DNA of 64,000 bases from Ignavibacteriota bacterium (GCA_963787835.1 CAWBEI010000002.1:1184001-1248000); one strand, 5' to 3'. Counted from the first letter of the stretch, positions 13,379 to 25,632 are shown. Translations and numbers: made by a program. Notes: generated by a model not told the origin, from the sequence alone.

Positions 13379-14218
13379 TTACTGCTTCGCTGGTGCAAGT
13401 TCGCCGTACCAGTATGCAGACGTAACCCCTCCATCCATTAAGAAATCGCCTCCGGTGATGAACGCGCCATCGGCTCCCATCAAAAGTGCGGCAAGCGTTG
13501 CTATCTCATCCGGCGTACCAGCTCTACCTACTGGGCAAAGATTGATCATGCGGCGATATCCATCACCACGCGGGCCATTTAATTCATCCTTAGCAAGCGG
13601 AGTAATGATAATACCCGGGCTGATTGTGTTAATCCGTGCTCCACGCTTGCCCCATCGCACGGCCTCACACTTCACGCGCAGGGAGTTCCCCCGCTTCGAT
13701 ACCTGATATGCGTGAAGTGAATCCGTGATTTGATCCGGTTGCAGCATTGGAAGATCGAGCAGCTGGTCGGCCGGAGTAGTTGCCAACGCCGCATCTTGCT
13801 CGGGAGTAAGCGATGGGAGACGGTGCCCCGACATTGAGGCGATAACAATACCGGCCCCGCCCGATGCTATTACGTTCCCGAATTCCTCGAGTACGAGGGC
13901 AGTCCCATAAAGATCGACCTTAAGAATTGTGGTTGGTGATGCCTGTGTTGGAGATACACCGGCTGCATGAATAAGGCCTGTTATGCTACCAATGGTAGTA
14001 GCTGTTTCGACCAGTGCGTGGACCGACTTCCTCGAAGATACATCCACGATGGAAGTGCTCACATCAAACCCGGCATCGCTAAATACTTTTGCGGCGGCCT
14101 CGGCATTTTCCTTGCGTAGGTCGGCCAACAGCACATGTTTACCCGCACCGATCCGTCGTGCGATAGCCTGGCCTATTAATCCCGCACCGATTACAACGAC
14201 TACATTGGAATTATTCAT
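13379..14218 (-). CDS. SDR-family oxidoreductase
   Basis: GAGLIG, YQVSK, RINTISPG. Confidence 0.9.
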   Translation of the reverse strand: MNNSNVVVVIGAGLIGQAIARRIGAGKHVLLADLRKENAEAAAKVFSDAGFDVSTSIVDVSSRKSVHALVETATTIGSITGLIHAAGVSPTQASPTTILKVDLYGTALVLEEFGNVIASGGAGIVIASMSGHRLPSLTPEQDAALATTPADQLLDLPMLQPDQITDSLHAYQVSKRGNSLRVKCEAVRWGKRGARINTISPGIIITPLAKDELNGPRGDGYRRMINLCPVGRAGTPDEIATLAALLMGADGAFITGGDFLMDGGVTSAYWYGELAPAKQ

Positions 14219-14279
14219 TTTATATTCTTCACTTAAATGACCCTACAGCCCGGAGTGCGAAGCAAAGCCTTCAACTCGC

Positions 14280-14876
14280 TCAAGGCTTATTAACTCCCAA
14301 ACTTTGTTTTAGTTCAAGCTTTGGATCCGACGCAAGCTTTACAACGAGATCAGCGACACTCTTTCTTGAAAGCCATTTCTTAGGATTCTTGAAAGGTTCA
14401 CCCTTGTGGGTTAACTGATAGTCAATCTCATCGTTGTTGTTGAGCCATTCGGGTCTGATGATCGTGTAATCCAAATCAGATGCTTCGATCAGTAAAGCTG
14501 CATCTCGATAGGGATCAAGAACCGCTTGTACGGTTGGCCGGGGACTTCATCGTAGATTCCCATAGAGCTGATGAAAATGAGGCGGTTTACCTTGGCCTTT
14601 GCCATGGCTGCAATGATGTTCTTCGCCTGACGTGGAAGATCGGCGTCGAGATTTGCATACACGACATCATGGCCCTGGATCGTTTCATCGAGTTTTTTCT
14701 GGTCGAGAACATTTCCTTCGACAACGTGTACGCGCTTTGACTGGGAGGCAATGTCGCGCAGACGATTTGTGTTGCGTGCAAATAGCGTTAGCTCGAAGTC
14801 TGTATTCTTTTAAAAACAATTCAATCGCAAATCGTGCGATCTGACCGTTTGCGCCCAAGATCAAAACTTTTTTCAT
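14280..14876 (-). pseudogene. NAD(P)H-binding atypical SDR with two frameshifts
   Basis: MKKVLILGANGQIA frame shifts near 14805 to TDFELTLFARN...RLIFISSMGIYDEVPG and back near 14530 to VLDPYRDAALLIEASDLDYTIIRPEWL. Confidence 0.8.
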
Positions 14877-14893
14877 GAGTTTTTCCAGGAATG

Positions 14894-15325
14894 CTACTCA
14901 ACGGAAAGTTTTGTATATTCTTCGTCGGTTACTTTCTCCATCCACTCGACTGACTTACCATTAAGGCTTTCTTGGATAGCAAGATGGGTCATCGCTGTTT
15001 CAGGACTTGCGCCATGCCAGTGCCTTACAGCCGGAGGTGTCCAGATCACGTCTCCCTTTTGAATGCGACGAATGGGCCGCCCCCATTCTTGCATCAAGCC
15101 GGAGCCTTCGGTGACAACAAGTAGTTGGCCTTTGGGATGTGTGTGCCACGCCGATCTGGCGCAACACTCAAAGCACACATACCCAGCACTCATTGTGGAA
15201 GGATCTTCCCCGGCAAAGAGCATCGTGAAGTTTACTTCACCCGTGAAGGTTGTACTGGAACCTCGGTCGAGCGGTTGCTCTTCCGGCTTGATAATTGTTA
15301 TGGCGTTTTCGCTTTCCATTTGCAA
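14894..15325 (-). CDS. Cupin-domain protein
   Basis: WHTHPKGQLL...G, GDVIWTPPAVRHWHGA, VEWMEKVTDEEY. Confidence 0.9.
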   Translation of the reverse strand: MQMESENAITIIKPEEQPLDRGSSTTFTGEVNFTMLFAGEDPSTMSAGYVCFECCARSAWHTHPKGQLLVVTEGSGLMQEWGRPIRRIQKGDVIWTPPAVRHWHGASPETAMTHLAIQESLNGKSVEWMEKVTDEEYTKLSVE

Positions 15326-15342
15326 TCCGGTTCTGTGGAAAC

Positions 15343-16089
15343 TTAAAGGTCCTGAGCTGTTGGTCTGAAAAGAATCTCGTTAATATCCTCGTCTTCGGGC
15401 TGACTAATAACAAACGCAACTGCGCGAGCAAAGGAGTCTGGGGAAATCGCATATTCCTTGTAGAATTTCTTAATTCCCTCAGCAATGTCAGGCTCACTTA
15501 TGCTATTCGGAAGTTCCGTTGCAACTGCCCCGGGTGAGATGACGCATGTACGGATGTTGTAGGGTTTTACTTCCTGACGAAGTCCCTCGGAAATGACACG
15601 GACTGCGATTTTCGTTGCCGAATAAACAACCCCAGCAGGTCGGACTTTGTGACCCGCAACCGAAGAGACGTTGATGATCTGTCCGGATTTTTGTGTCTTC
15701 ATGTGCGGTAGTACGGCTGCTATTCCGTAGAGAACACCTTTGATGTTCACGTCGATCATCAGTTCCCAGTCTTTGATTTTGAGGCGTTCAAGGGGTGAGT
15801 GTGGCATCAAACCAGCGCAATTGATGATTACGTCAACTCTTCCAAATTTTTCAACAGCTTCGTCGACCAACTGTTTAACCTGATCGGCTTTCGTTACATC
15901 GGTTGCGTGCGCGAATGCAGTTCCTCCATTCTCATTGATCTGGTTGGCAAGCGATTGTATGCGATCAATCCGTCTGGCGCCTAAAACCAGCCGTGCGCCT
16001 TCCTTTGCTAAATGCTTCGCAGCTGCTTCGCCTAATCCACTGCTTGCCCCGGTGATGACGATAACCTTTCCCTCGATATTATTTTTCAT
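15343..16089 (-). CDS. SDR-family oxidoreductase
   Basis: [23 protein letters not shown]. Confidence 0.92.
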   Translation of the reverse strand: MKNNIEGKVIVITGASSGLGEAAAKHLAKEGARLVLGARRIDRIQSLANQINENGGTAFAHATDVTKADQVKQLVDEAVEKFGRVDVIINCAGLMPHSPLERLKIKDWELMIDVNIKGVLYGIAAVLPHMKTQKSGQIINVSSVAGHKVRPAGVVYSATKIAVRVISEGLRQEVKPYNIRTCVISPGAVATELPNSISEPDIAEGIKKFYKEYAISPDSFARAVAFVISQPEDEDINEILFRPTAQDL

Positions 16090-16146
16090 TAACTACGTCG
16101 ATTTTTCTGGCCATACATCAAACCCTTGTCAAATGAACAGCTTGGA

Positions 16147-18204
<2,058 letters not shown>

Positions 18205-18405
18205 TTATAATACGGCAAAAATTGATAAAAAATCCTTGAAATCCACCTCGGCTTAGGGGCGTTTCCGAGGTGCGCTGTTAGACCGCCAAAATCGCTCTAA
18301 ATCCTTGTAAAATCAGTAGTTTTTGACTATTTTTAGAACGCAAAAGTGAGGTGTAAGAGTCCCTATTTTAAGTTATTTTTTTTCTCATTTTTGCGTTTGC
18401 CTTAA

Positions 18406-19464
18406 GTGGCTAACGTATGGGACCAAGTTCGCAATCTTATCCTCCACCACGGCTGGAACAGCACCTGCTATCAATTGCTGAATCCGGGATTTGAGTATTG
18501 GATCAGCAAGGATGGCGATGCGGTTGCCGGCTACGTTGAATATGGTGGAACGCGAATCGTTGGCGGGTCGCCTGTTTGCACATTTGAACGGCTGCCGGAC
18601 GTTGTGAATGAATTCGAAAAGGATTCCGCCTCGCTCGGGCTTCGCGTTTGCTACTTTGCAAGCGAAGCTCGGCTTGAAAGCGTGATCGCTAAACGCGCGG
18701 GATATGCCATTACGCAGCTTGGCGCGCAGCCGGTTTGGAACCCAAGATCACTGGTTGAAAAGATGGCCGCGAAATCTTCGCTGCGTGGTCAGCTTAATCG
18801 TGCATTTCATAAAGGATTGGTCGTCGAACAATGGGCTCCCGGAAAGGCGACGGGTAATCCTGCATTGAAAAAAATTCTCGATGATTGGCTTTCCACGCGC
18901 GGATTGCCAAGCCTTCATTTCCTTGTCGAACCGGAAACACTTTCGAGTTTGGAGGATAGAAGAATGTTCGTCGCGCTACGTGATGAGGAAGCTGTCGGAT
19001 TTCTGAACGCCTCGCCAATTCCAGGACGCAATGGCTGGCTTGTCGAGCAGTTTGTGAGAGGACATGACGCGCCGAATGGGACGGTAGAGCTGATGCTGCA
19101 TCGTGCCGCAGAAATATTTGCCGAGGAAGGTTACGACTATCTGACGCTCGGGCTTTCCCCGCTTACACAACAAGCAGAGAATTCGCTTCATCACGCTTCG
19201 CCAATCATTCGATTTTTACTACGGTGGGCGCGGGCGCATGGCAAGCGATTCTACGATTTCGAAGGTCTCGAATTTTTCAAAACGAAATTCGAGCCAGAAT
19301 ATTGGGAACCGATCTACGCGATCTCGAACGAACCGAAGTTTTCCTTGCGCGCGCTGTATGCCATTGCATGTGCATTTACGAACGGTCATCCAATTCGGAC
19401 GGTGATGTTGGGGATTACCAAAGCGATAAGGTATGAGGCGCGTTGGGCTTTGCATAAGCCGTGA
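18406..19464 (+). CDS. Stand-alone DUF2156 / MprF C-terminal-like aminoacyl-tRNA-dependent transferase domain
   Basis: DAPNGTVELML, LTLGLSPL, FYDFEGLEFFKTKFEPEYWEPIY. Confidence 0.82.
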   Translation: MANVWDQVRNLILHHGWNSTCYQLLNPGFEYWISKDGDAVAGYVEYGGTRIVGGSPVCTFERLPDVVNEFEKDSASLGLRVCYFASEARLESVIAKRAGYAITQLGAQPVWNPRSLVEKMAAKSSLRGQLNRAFHKGLVVEQWAPGKATGNPALKKILDDWLSTRGLPSLHFLVEPETLSSLEDRRMFVALRDEEAVGFLNASPIPGRNGWLVEQFVRGHDAPNGTVELMLHRAAEIFAEEGYDYLTLGLSPLTQQAENSLHHASPIIRFLLRWARAHGKRFYDFEGLEFFKTKFEPEYWEPIYAISNEPKFSLRALYAIACAFTNGHPIRTVMLGITKAIRYEARWALHKP

Positions 19465-19526
19465 TCCAAGGCAAGAAGTTTTTCACCCATTGCGGCTGTT
19501 CTCTAACTTTACGCATTCACGCCGCA

Positions 19527-21233
19527 ATGGATATTGCCTCACTTTCTTACTTTACACCGCTTGTCAAGGATTACCTGACGCGCTTTTCCGAAGCGCCCGT
19601 TCGGGAATTTTTTCCCATTGCTCCGGACGCCCCGCAGGAGCAGATGAAACGGTTGATCGATGCGCGGCTTACGCATGAAGCCACGCTTCCACCCACTCAT
19701 CGAACGACGGTTACGAAGTCGATGCGAATCTATCACGAGTCGTTGGGAGAAATGAGTCCCGCGATTGCTCGTAATCTTGAACTGCTCGAATCCCCAGGAA
19801 CGCTCGCTATCGTGACCGGCCAGCAAACCGGGATGCTCGACGGTCCACTTTATTCCTTCTATAAAGCATTCACGGCGATCGAGCTGGCTAACGATTTCCG
19901 AGCGCGCTTTCCCGAGCATTCCTTCGTGCCCGTCTTCTGGATCGAAACAGAGGATCACGATCTCGAAGAAATATCGTCGGTGCATGTTCTAAATGCAGAA
20001 GGCCGTCTTGAATCCGTTCGTTATACACCTTCTGCGCTTGCTGCCAATCCAGAGGTAGCTTGGCGTAAACAAGTAGGGCCGACATTATTAGAGGAAGCGC
20101 CACTTGCTGAGTTTTTCGAGAAACTTCGCGGGGTATTGCAACCTACCGATTTTTCTGCTGAAGTAATGGCTCTGGTACAGCGTACCTATACTCCGGGAAC
20201 CTCGTTCGCTCGGGCGTTCGCTGCCTTGCTGTTGCATTATTTCGGGGAGGACGGCCTGCTCATTGTCGATGCAAATTCAAGGGAATTAAAATCGCTTGCA
20301 TCGGGACTATTTCGACGAGAGATAGAAACATCACCGCAATTATCGGAGAAGATCGTGCTGCAATCGGTCAAGGTGGAGGAGTATTATCATGCGCAGATCA
20401 AACCTCGTGCCATGAATATTTTCTTTGTCGATGAAGATGGTGATCGGTTGCCTATCGTTGAACGTGAAAAGACCACTGATAATGGACGATCTTTTTTTCT
20501 CAAAGGATCTCGAAAGACGTTCACACTCTCAGAATTGCTGGCTGATCTGGAGGAACATCCCGAGCGATTCAGTTCCAACGTAGTCACGCGGCCCTTATTT
20601 CAGGATACACTTTTACCAACCGTTGCGTATGTTGGTGGACCTGGCGAGATAGCGTATTTTGCCCAACTCGCTCGAGCGTATGAATGGGCTAATCTTCCAA
20701 TGCCGCTCATTTATCCTCGTGTGACGGCAACACTCATTGAGGAACGTCTCGAAAGGGTCTTCACGAAATTTCACATCCCGCCGGAAGAGATACTTGCAGA
20801 TGCTCATGGTAGGAACACCGCACTGTTCGATGCCATGATCGAAACAGAGTTGGTCCCGCGATTTGGATCGGCATTATCAGAAATAGACAGTTCGCTGGAA
20901 GCGATTCGTGAAAAAGTGAATCGGGTGGATGCTACGCTCGATGGAGCACTCACGGCACTAAAGGGAAAAGTACTTACGGCCGTCCGTGATTTTGAAGGCA
21001 AAACGCTTGCCGCAGAGCGAAAACGCCATGCCACGACCAAGGCACAGCTCGATAAAGTGCTTGCCGCACTTTTGCCAGCCGGAGAACTCCAGGAGCGTGA
21101 ACTAAGTATGGTCTATTTTCTCAACAAATATGGCCCGCGCTATTTTGAGCTGGTAAAACAGCTTATTCGGCCCGTTGCCTTGAATTTCCACGAACATCAT
21201 GTGTTTCATCTAAAAGACCTTCCACCGGGTTAG
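19527..21233 (+). CDS. bshC: Bacillithiol biosynthesis cysteine-adding enzyme
   Basis: IVTGQQ, GPLYSFYKA, VPVFWIETEDHD, AYVGGPGEIAYFAQL, LQER. Confidence 0.93.
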   Translation: MDIASLSYFTPLVKDYLTRFSEAPVREFFPIAPDAPQEQMKRLIDARLTHEATLPPTHRTTVTKSMRIYHESLGEMSPAIARNLELLESPGTLAIVTGQQTGMLDGPLYSFYKAFTAIELANDFRARFPEHSFVPVFWIETEDHDLEEISSVHVLNAEGRLESVRYTPSALAANPEVAWRKQVGPTLLEEAPLAEFFEKLRGVLQPTDFSAEVMALVQRTYTPGTSFARAFAALLLHYFGEDGLLIVDANSRELKSLASGLFRREIETSPQLSEKIVLQSVKVEEYYHAQIKPRAMNIFFVDEDGDRLPIVEREKTTDNGRSFFLKGSRKTFTLSELLADLEEHPERFSSNVVTRPLFQDTLLPTVAYVGGPGEIAYFAQLARAYEWANLPMPLIYPRVTATLIEERLERVFTKFHIPPEEILADAHGRNTALFDAMIETELVPRFGSALSEIDSSLEAIREKVNRVDATLDGALTALKGKVLTAVRDFEGKTLAAERKRHATTKAQLDKVLAALLPAGELQERELSMVYFLNKYGPRYFELVKQLIRPVALNFHEHHVFHLKDLPPG

Positions 21234-21325
21234 AGGTAGCCACAAAACTGAGAGAACTTCCCGGGGCGCACTTCGGTTAACGGCTTCCCGCAATGGGAAA
21301 TTAGAATTAGGGTAAGGATTTGTCG

Positions 21326-21360
21326 TTCATACTTCATACTTCATAATTCATACTTCATCA
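21326..21360. repeat. TTCATAC heptamer tandem repeat
   Basis: TTCATAC-TTCATAC-TTCATAA-TTCATAC-TTCATCA directly before tRNA-Arg(ACG). Confidence 0.85.
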
Positions 21361-21369
21361 TTGGGAATG

Positions 21370-21443
21370 GCACCCGTAGCTCAATTGGATAGAGCATCTG
21401 ACTACGGATCAGAAGGTTTGGGGTTCGAATCCCTGCGGGTGCA
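21370..21443 (+). tRNA. tRNA-Arg(ACG)
   Basis: GCACCCG/CGGGTGC acceptor stem, TCTGA-CTACGGA-TCAGA anticodon arm, GTTCGAATC. Confidence 0.96.
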
Positions 21444-21450
21444 CTTCTTT

Positions 21451-21542
21451 ATTTAAGAATTTTCAATTAAAAATTAAGAGTTGGGGGTGGGTGGCTCCGA
21501 TCGAAGATATAATGCCCGTTTCTTAATTCTCAATTATTAATT
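21451..21542. repeat. Inverted AAGAATT-type heptamer arrays
   Basis: TTAAGAATTTTCAATTAAAAATTAAGA ... TTCTTAATTCTCAATTATTAATT between the two tRNAs. Confidence 0.75.
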
Positions 21543-21550
21543 GAAACGAG

Positions 21551-21624
21551 GCGCCTGTAGCTCAACTGGATAGAGCATCAGCCTTCGAAGCTGAGGGTTC
21601 GGGGTTCGAATCCCTGCAGGCGCA
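21551..21624 (+). tRNA. tRNA-Arg(TCG)
   Basis: GCGCCTG/CAGGCGC acceptor stem, TCAGC-CTTCGAA-GCTGA anticodon arm. Confidence 0.95.
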
Positions 21625-21658
21625 CTCTGAGTTGAGATGCGTTAGATGCTCTGAGAAC

Positions 21659-22591
21659 TTAATGCCCTTTACCCAAATTCAAGAGTGGAGACAAGTGTTG
21701 ATCGAACGGGCTAAAGATCATCGAATTTCCTTTTTCTCCAACATCCTTAATTGTCTCCAAATACTTGTATTGTAGGTAGCTCGATGTTAAGCTGTGACCA
21801 ATGATCGCTTGCGCGCTGTCGATGCCTCTCGCTTGAATTTTTAAAATTTCCGCCTCGGCGGTAGCTTTTTGTTTCTTGTATTCCATCGCAATGGCTTCCT
21901 GCTGCGATGCGATCTTTGCATTAATTGCTGTTTGCACCTCCGTCGAAGGCACCACTTCCCTCAATTTAACATCTTCCAGCACAACGCCTCGTAAGCGAAA
22001 GATACTATCCAACTGTTGCTTGCAAATATTTTCGAATAATGTTCGATCGGCATTCACGTATAGGTCTGTGGAATTGAACAAAGTAGCAACTCTTGGAATA
22101 ACACTTCGAATATCCGGTCGAATGATCTTTTCAACGTAATCCGTCCCGATCAGTCGATACACTTTTGGAGCGTCCGTTGGGGACAAATGAAACGTTACCG
22201 ATAGATCCATTTGCGGCGTGCTTTGATCCTTCATCGTGATCGCCACAGCATCGTTCCCTTGAACAGTACCTTCATTCGTGCGGCTCGACATGGTATAATT
22301 CTGAGTACGGACATTCATTGTTTCAATCGACATGATGGGATTTATCACATGAAATCCACCCTGAAGTGCGTCCGGCTCAACATTCCCCAAAAAGGTCTTG
22401 ACACCAACTTCACCGGCAGGAATTACCACGAAACTCCCAAACACTAAAAGTAAAATCGACAAGATGATGGATACAGAGCCGATCGGCGCTATCCACCTCT
22501 TAGAAACGGCCTGCTGTGGCACTTTGCCGTTAGAGAGTATGAATCCTAAGCCGACTAAAAAGAACAGTATCGAAAAAACAACGGTAGCCAT
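21659..22591 (-). CDS. SPFH/prohibitin-family membrane protein
   Basis: Two N-terminal TMs, VVIPAGEVGV, IIRPDIRS, coiled coil AEAEILKIQARG. Confidence 0.88.
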   Translation of the reverse strand: MATVVFSILFFLVGLGFILSNGKVPQQAVSKRWIAPIGSVSIILSILLLVFGSFVVIPAGEVGVKTFLGNVEPDALQGGFHVINPIMSIETMNVRTQNYTMSSRTNEGTVQGNDAVAITMKDQSTPQMDLSVTFHLSPTDAPKVYRLIGTDYVEKIIRPDIRSVIPRVATLFNSTDLYVNADRTLFENICKQQLDSIFRLRGVVLEDVKLREVVPSTEVQTAINAKIASQQEAIAMEYKKQKATAEAEILKIQARGIDSAQAIIGHSLTSSYLQYKYLETIKDVGEKGNSMIFSPFDQHLSPLLNLGKGH

Positions 22592-22717
22592 AGTATATAT
22601 ATTGCTTAAAATAGAAGATCGCTCAACACGGAAGAATGCTTTAGAATTGCCCCACATGGGGCACCAGTTATCATTCTTGTTTTCGATCGAGAACGTTTGA
22701 TGTGATATTTAAAACGC

Positions 22718-22744
22718 GAACCCCCTCCGCATTGGAGGGGGTTC
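22718..22744 (-). terminator. Probable intrinsic terminator
   Basis: GAACCCCCTCC-GCATT-GGAGGGGGTTC 11-bp stem downstream of the 22821..23348 gene. Confidence 0.6.
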
Positions 22745-22820
22745 TAAAGGATGATCGATCATCCCGGAAGGCCAAAAAGTTATGACCTGCCGTTTCTTTC
22801 GAACGAATTATCTTCTAAGG

Positions 22821-23348
22821 TTACTTCAGAAGCACCATACGCTTGGAGGCAGTAAAAGTACCCGCATCCATGCGATAGATATATGTTCCCGAAGGAAGAT
22901 TATCCGCGTCCGTGAAGTCGATCTGGTAGGTACCCGGCACCTCTACTTCATCCACGAGCGGTGCATGTACTTCCTGGCCCAAGAGGTTCATCACGCGAAT
23001 AGTTACGCGTGTTTGCTCCGGGATGGAATACTTGATCGTCGTCGATGGATTAAAAGGATTCGGATAGTTCTGCTCGAGAGTGAAACCGGCTTCATCGGGG
23101 CCTACTTTCACGCTAAGAGCGGACTGTGGTAGTGTGTACCAAAATCCCTGCTCGTCGATGAAAGGAGATGTACCCGCTGCTCCGATGACTGGTTGACCGA
23201 TAGTGCCGTTTAACACGAGACCACCACCGGAAACGTTTGTCATCCCAGAGCCGATTACGCTTCTCGCGATCGTTATTGACTGTGAACGGGCGGTGAAGCT
23301 CGTCGCAGCCAGCAACAATCCAGCGATAACTAATGCGCGAATGTTCAT
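22821..23348 (-). CDS. Small secreted T9SS type A sorting-domain protein
   Basis: Signal peptide; FTLEQNYPNPFNPSTTI...LPSGTYIYRM...KRMVLLK. Confidence 0.88.
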   Translation of the reverse strand: MNIRALVIAGLLLAATSFTARSQSITIARSVIGSGMTNVSGGGLVLNGTIGQPVIGAAGTSPFIDEQGFWYTLPQSALSVKVGPDEAGFTLEQNYPNPFNPSTTIKYSIPEQTRVTIRVMNLLGQEVHAPLVDEVEVPGTYQIDFTDADNLPSGTYIYRMDAGTFTASKRMVLLK

Positions 23349-23564
23349 TGTGTATTTTCCCTTTGATTATGATTCGTCGAAAGAGAGTTCACCATATTAT
23401 ACAAACTTTTGAGCGAAATGCTCCCCGATTTTCCTCTTTTTTTCGTGTTGGCTAAAAATAATTCATTCTATATGAAAAGCAACGTGATCGATATTCAATA
23501 AATAATTATTTAAAAAAACACCAATGAGAATTCTCATTGCATTCCTATCGTTCAAGATGCGACT

Positions 23565-23822
23565 ATGAAAAAAACATTTCTTGCGTTACCGCTCCTTACC
23601 ATTGCGCTTCTTAGCTCCTGTGCAGATAAAATGACCGATCAACACAGCGAGCTTGTTGGCGGCGATCAGGGCCCCACCCCTCCCGAATTGCGGGATTACA
23701 AAAATAACGGCACTCCCAGCAACACCAATGGCATGGGGCAGCCGCTGGCTGGTGGAAAGGTAAATTCTACCCCTGATTCTTTATGGAATCAGAACTCCCC
23801 GCTTGAGGCGAAGCCGTTTTAA
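23565..23822 (+). CDS. Small hypothetical lipoprotein
   Basis: MKK plus hydrophobic stretch and LSSC lipobox. Confidence 0.7.
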   Translation: MKKTFLALPLLTIALLSSCADKMTDQHSELVGGDQGPTPPELRDYKNNGTPSNTNGMGQPLAGGKVNSTPDSLWNQNSPLEAKPF

Positions 23823-23841
23823 TAAGGAAGCTGCAAATTAC

Positions 23842-23965
23842 CGTCATTGTGAGGAAAACATTCGAAGCAAGCGGAGAATGTTTGATGAAGCAATCCCTTC
23901 ACCACCCTGAGATTGCAGTGTCGAGAAAATCTTCCTTCGGTCGGTTCTCTCTCCTCGTCAATGAT
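23842..23965. repeat. Family-B palindromic element, empty and degenerate
   Basis: CGTCATTGTGAGG...GAAGCAATC then GATTGCAG...CCTCGTCAATGAT. Confidence 0.7.
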
Positions 23966-24025
23966 ATGATAAAATAATCTCACGGCGGAAACTATCGCGT
24001 CCCATTTCCGTTAATATGAATGACA

Positions 24026-24171
24026 CTCATCGAGAACAGCCGAGGGATCAGGCCCGAAGACGCTGTAGCAACCGTTGAGACCCCGTTCCTCTTTTCACTT
24101 ATAGGAACGGACTCAAGCCAAGGTGCTAACTCCTGCTGATGTCATCTACGCGATGGCATTGGGAAGATGAG
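24026..24171 (+). ncRNA. SAM-I riboswitch aptamer
   Basis: CTCATCGAGA...GAGGGATCAGGCCCGAAGA...GCAACC...AAGGTGCTAACTCC...AAGATGAG, upstream of methionine biosynthesis genes. Confidence 0.93.
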
Positions 24172-24314
24172 CCGAATCGGATGCACGATCACAATCGATC
24201 GACATCCGGCGGATGCAAGATCATTAATCACGATCGGTCATCTGGCTATGACGATGGTTCGCAGAAGGCGAACCCTCCGGAGGGATGGTAGATCATCCGC
24301 GGAGTTGTCGCAAG

Positions 24315-24368
24315 GCCTATTCGGCGCAGCATTTAAATGCTCATCACCCGAATAGGGCTTTTTATTTT
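24315..24368 (+). terminator. Riboswitch-controlled intrinsic terminator
   Basis: CCTATTCGG...CCGAATAGG stem followed by GCTTTTTATTTT. Confidence 0.8.
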
Positions 24369-24462
24369 AAAGAGTTTTATTCGGGATCCCCTTTATTCTT
24401 TCATAAGAATAAGGCAGCGGAGCCGTCTCATGAATGTCCAACATTTTTGGATTATTACACAC

Positions 24463-25632
24463 ATGAGACAAGAAACACGAACCATCCTCGCGACCACCCA
24501 CACGGATTCCGAATACGGTTCCATCGGAACCCCACTCTATCAGACCTCTAACTTTCGCTTTCGGGAACCCGGAGTCTCCACAGGTTACGATTACACCCGC
24601 AGCGGGAACCCCACGCGCCACACGCTCGAAGAAGTCCTTGCCGATCTTGAAGGAGGGGCAAGGGCGGTAGCCGTTTCGACAGGCATGGCAGCCATCTCCA
24701 CTGTACTTTCGCATTTCGAGCAAGGTGCGCACATCATTTGCACGCACGATTGTTACGGTGGAACGGCACGTTTGCTGAAACTCTTCGAGGCTCAAGGCAA
24801 GATCGAAGTTTCCTTCGTAGATCTTGGGAACCTCGCTGCTGTTCGTGCGGAGATCAAACCGAACACTGCATGTCTTTGGATCGAAACGCCGAGTAATCCA
24901 CTCCTGCAAGTGGTAGATGTCGCCGCGCTTGCTAAACTTGCAAAAGTGTATGGACTTCTCGTTGTGGTCGATAATACATTTCTATCCCCATTCTTTTTTC
25001 GTCCGTTCGAAAGCGGTGCGGACGTCGTGGTTCACTCCACCACAAAATGGCTGAACGGGCATTCCGATGTTGTTGGCGGCGCGATCGTTTCGCGCACGTC
25101 AGAACTTGGCGAGCGGTTTCAATTTCTTGCCAATGCGCTGGGAACTACGACCGGTTCGTTCGATTCCTGGTTAGTGCTGCGTGGGATTAAGACGCTCGCC
25201 GTGCGCATGAAGCAGCATGAGCAGAATGCCATTGCCATTGCAAAATTTCTTCTTGACCATCCGCTTGTTAGTGAGGTCTATTATCCCGGTTTGGAATCAC
25301 ATCCAACACACGAGCTTGCAAAAGCGCAATTCTCAGGCTTTGGCGGAGTGATAAGTTTTCGAGTTATTGGAAACGTCAAGGATGTGCTTCGCTCGACCGA
25401 CATATTTTCCTTAGCTGAATCGCTCGGCGGAGTAGAATCCCTCATCGAGCATCCTGCCACGATGAGCCATGCTTCGATGGGCCCGGAACTTCGCGAACGA
25501 GCCGGAATTTCAGACGATCTGATTCGTATCTCGGTTGGTATCGAGCATGTGGATGATCTTATTGCAGATCTTGCAAAAGCCCTTAGCATCGTTCCCAAAT
25601 CGGAACCAATTGTGGAGGCCGTTGCATGTTGA
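24463..25632 (+). CDS. metB: Cystathionine gamma-synthase / trans-sulfuration enzyme
   Basis: YTRSGNPT, ETPSNP, VDNTF, HSTTKWLNGHSD, LAESLGGVESL; metB versus metC inferred from context. Confidence 0.8.
   Translation: MRQETRTILATTHTDSEYGSIGTPLYQTSNFRFREPGVSTGYDYTRSGNPTRHTLEEVLADLEGGARAVAVSTGMAAISTVLSHFEQGAHIICTHDCYGGTARLLKLFEAQGKIEVSFVDLGNLAAVRAEIKPNTACLWIETPSNPLLQVVDVAALAKLAKVYGLLVVVDNTFLSPFFFRPFESGADVVVHSTTKWLNGHSDVVGGAIVSRTSELGERFQFLANALGTTTGSFDSWLVLRGIKTLAVRMKQHEQNAIAIAKFLLDHPLVSEVYYPGLESHPTHELAKAQFSGFGGVISFRVIGNVKDVLRSTDIFSLAESLGGVESLIEHPATMSHASMGPELRERAGISDDLIRISVGIEHVDDLIADLAKALSIVPKSEPIVEAVAC

Noticed and set aside
24167-24355. 62-aa ORF as a possible leader peptide
   Set aside because: It starts inside riboswitch P1, is not Met/Cys-rich and is explained by RNA structure
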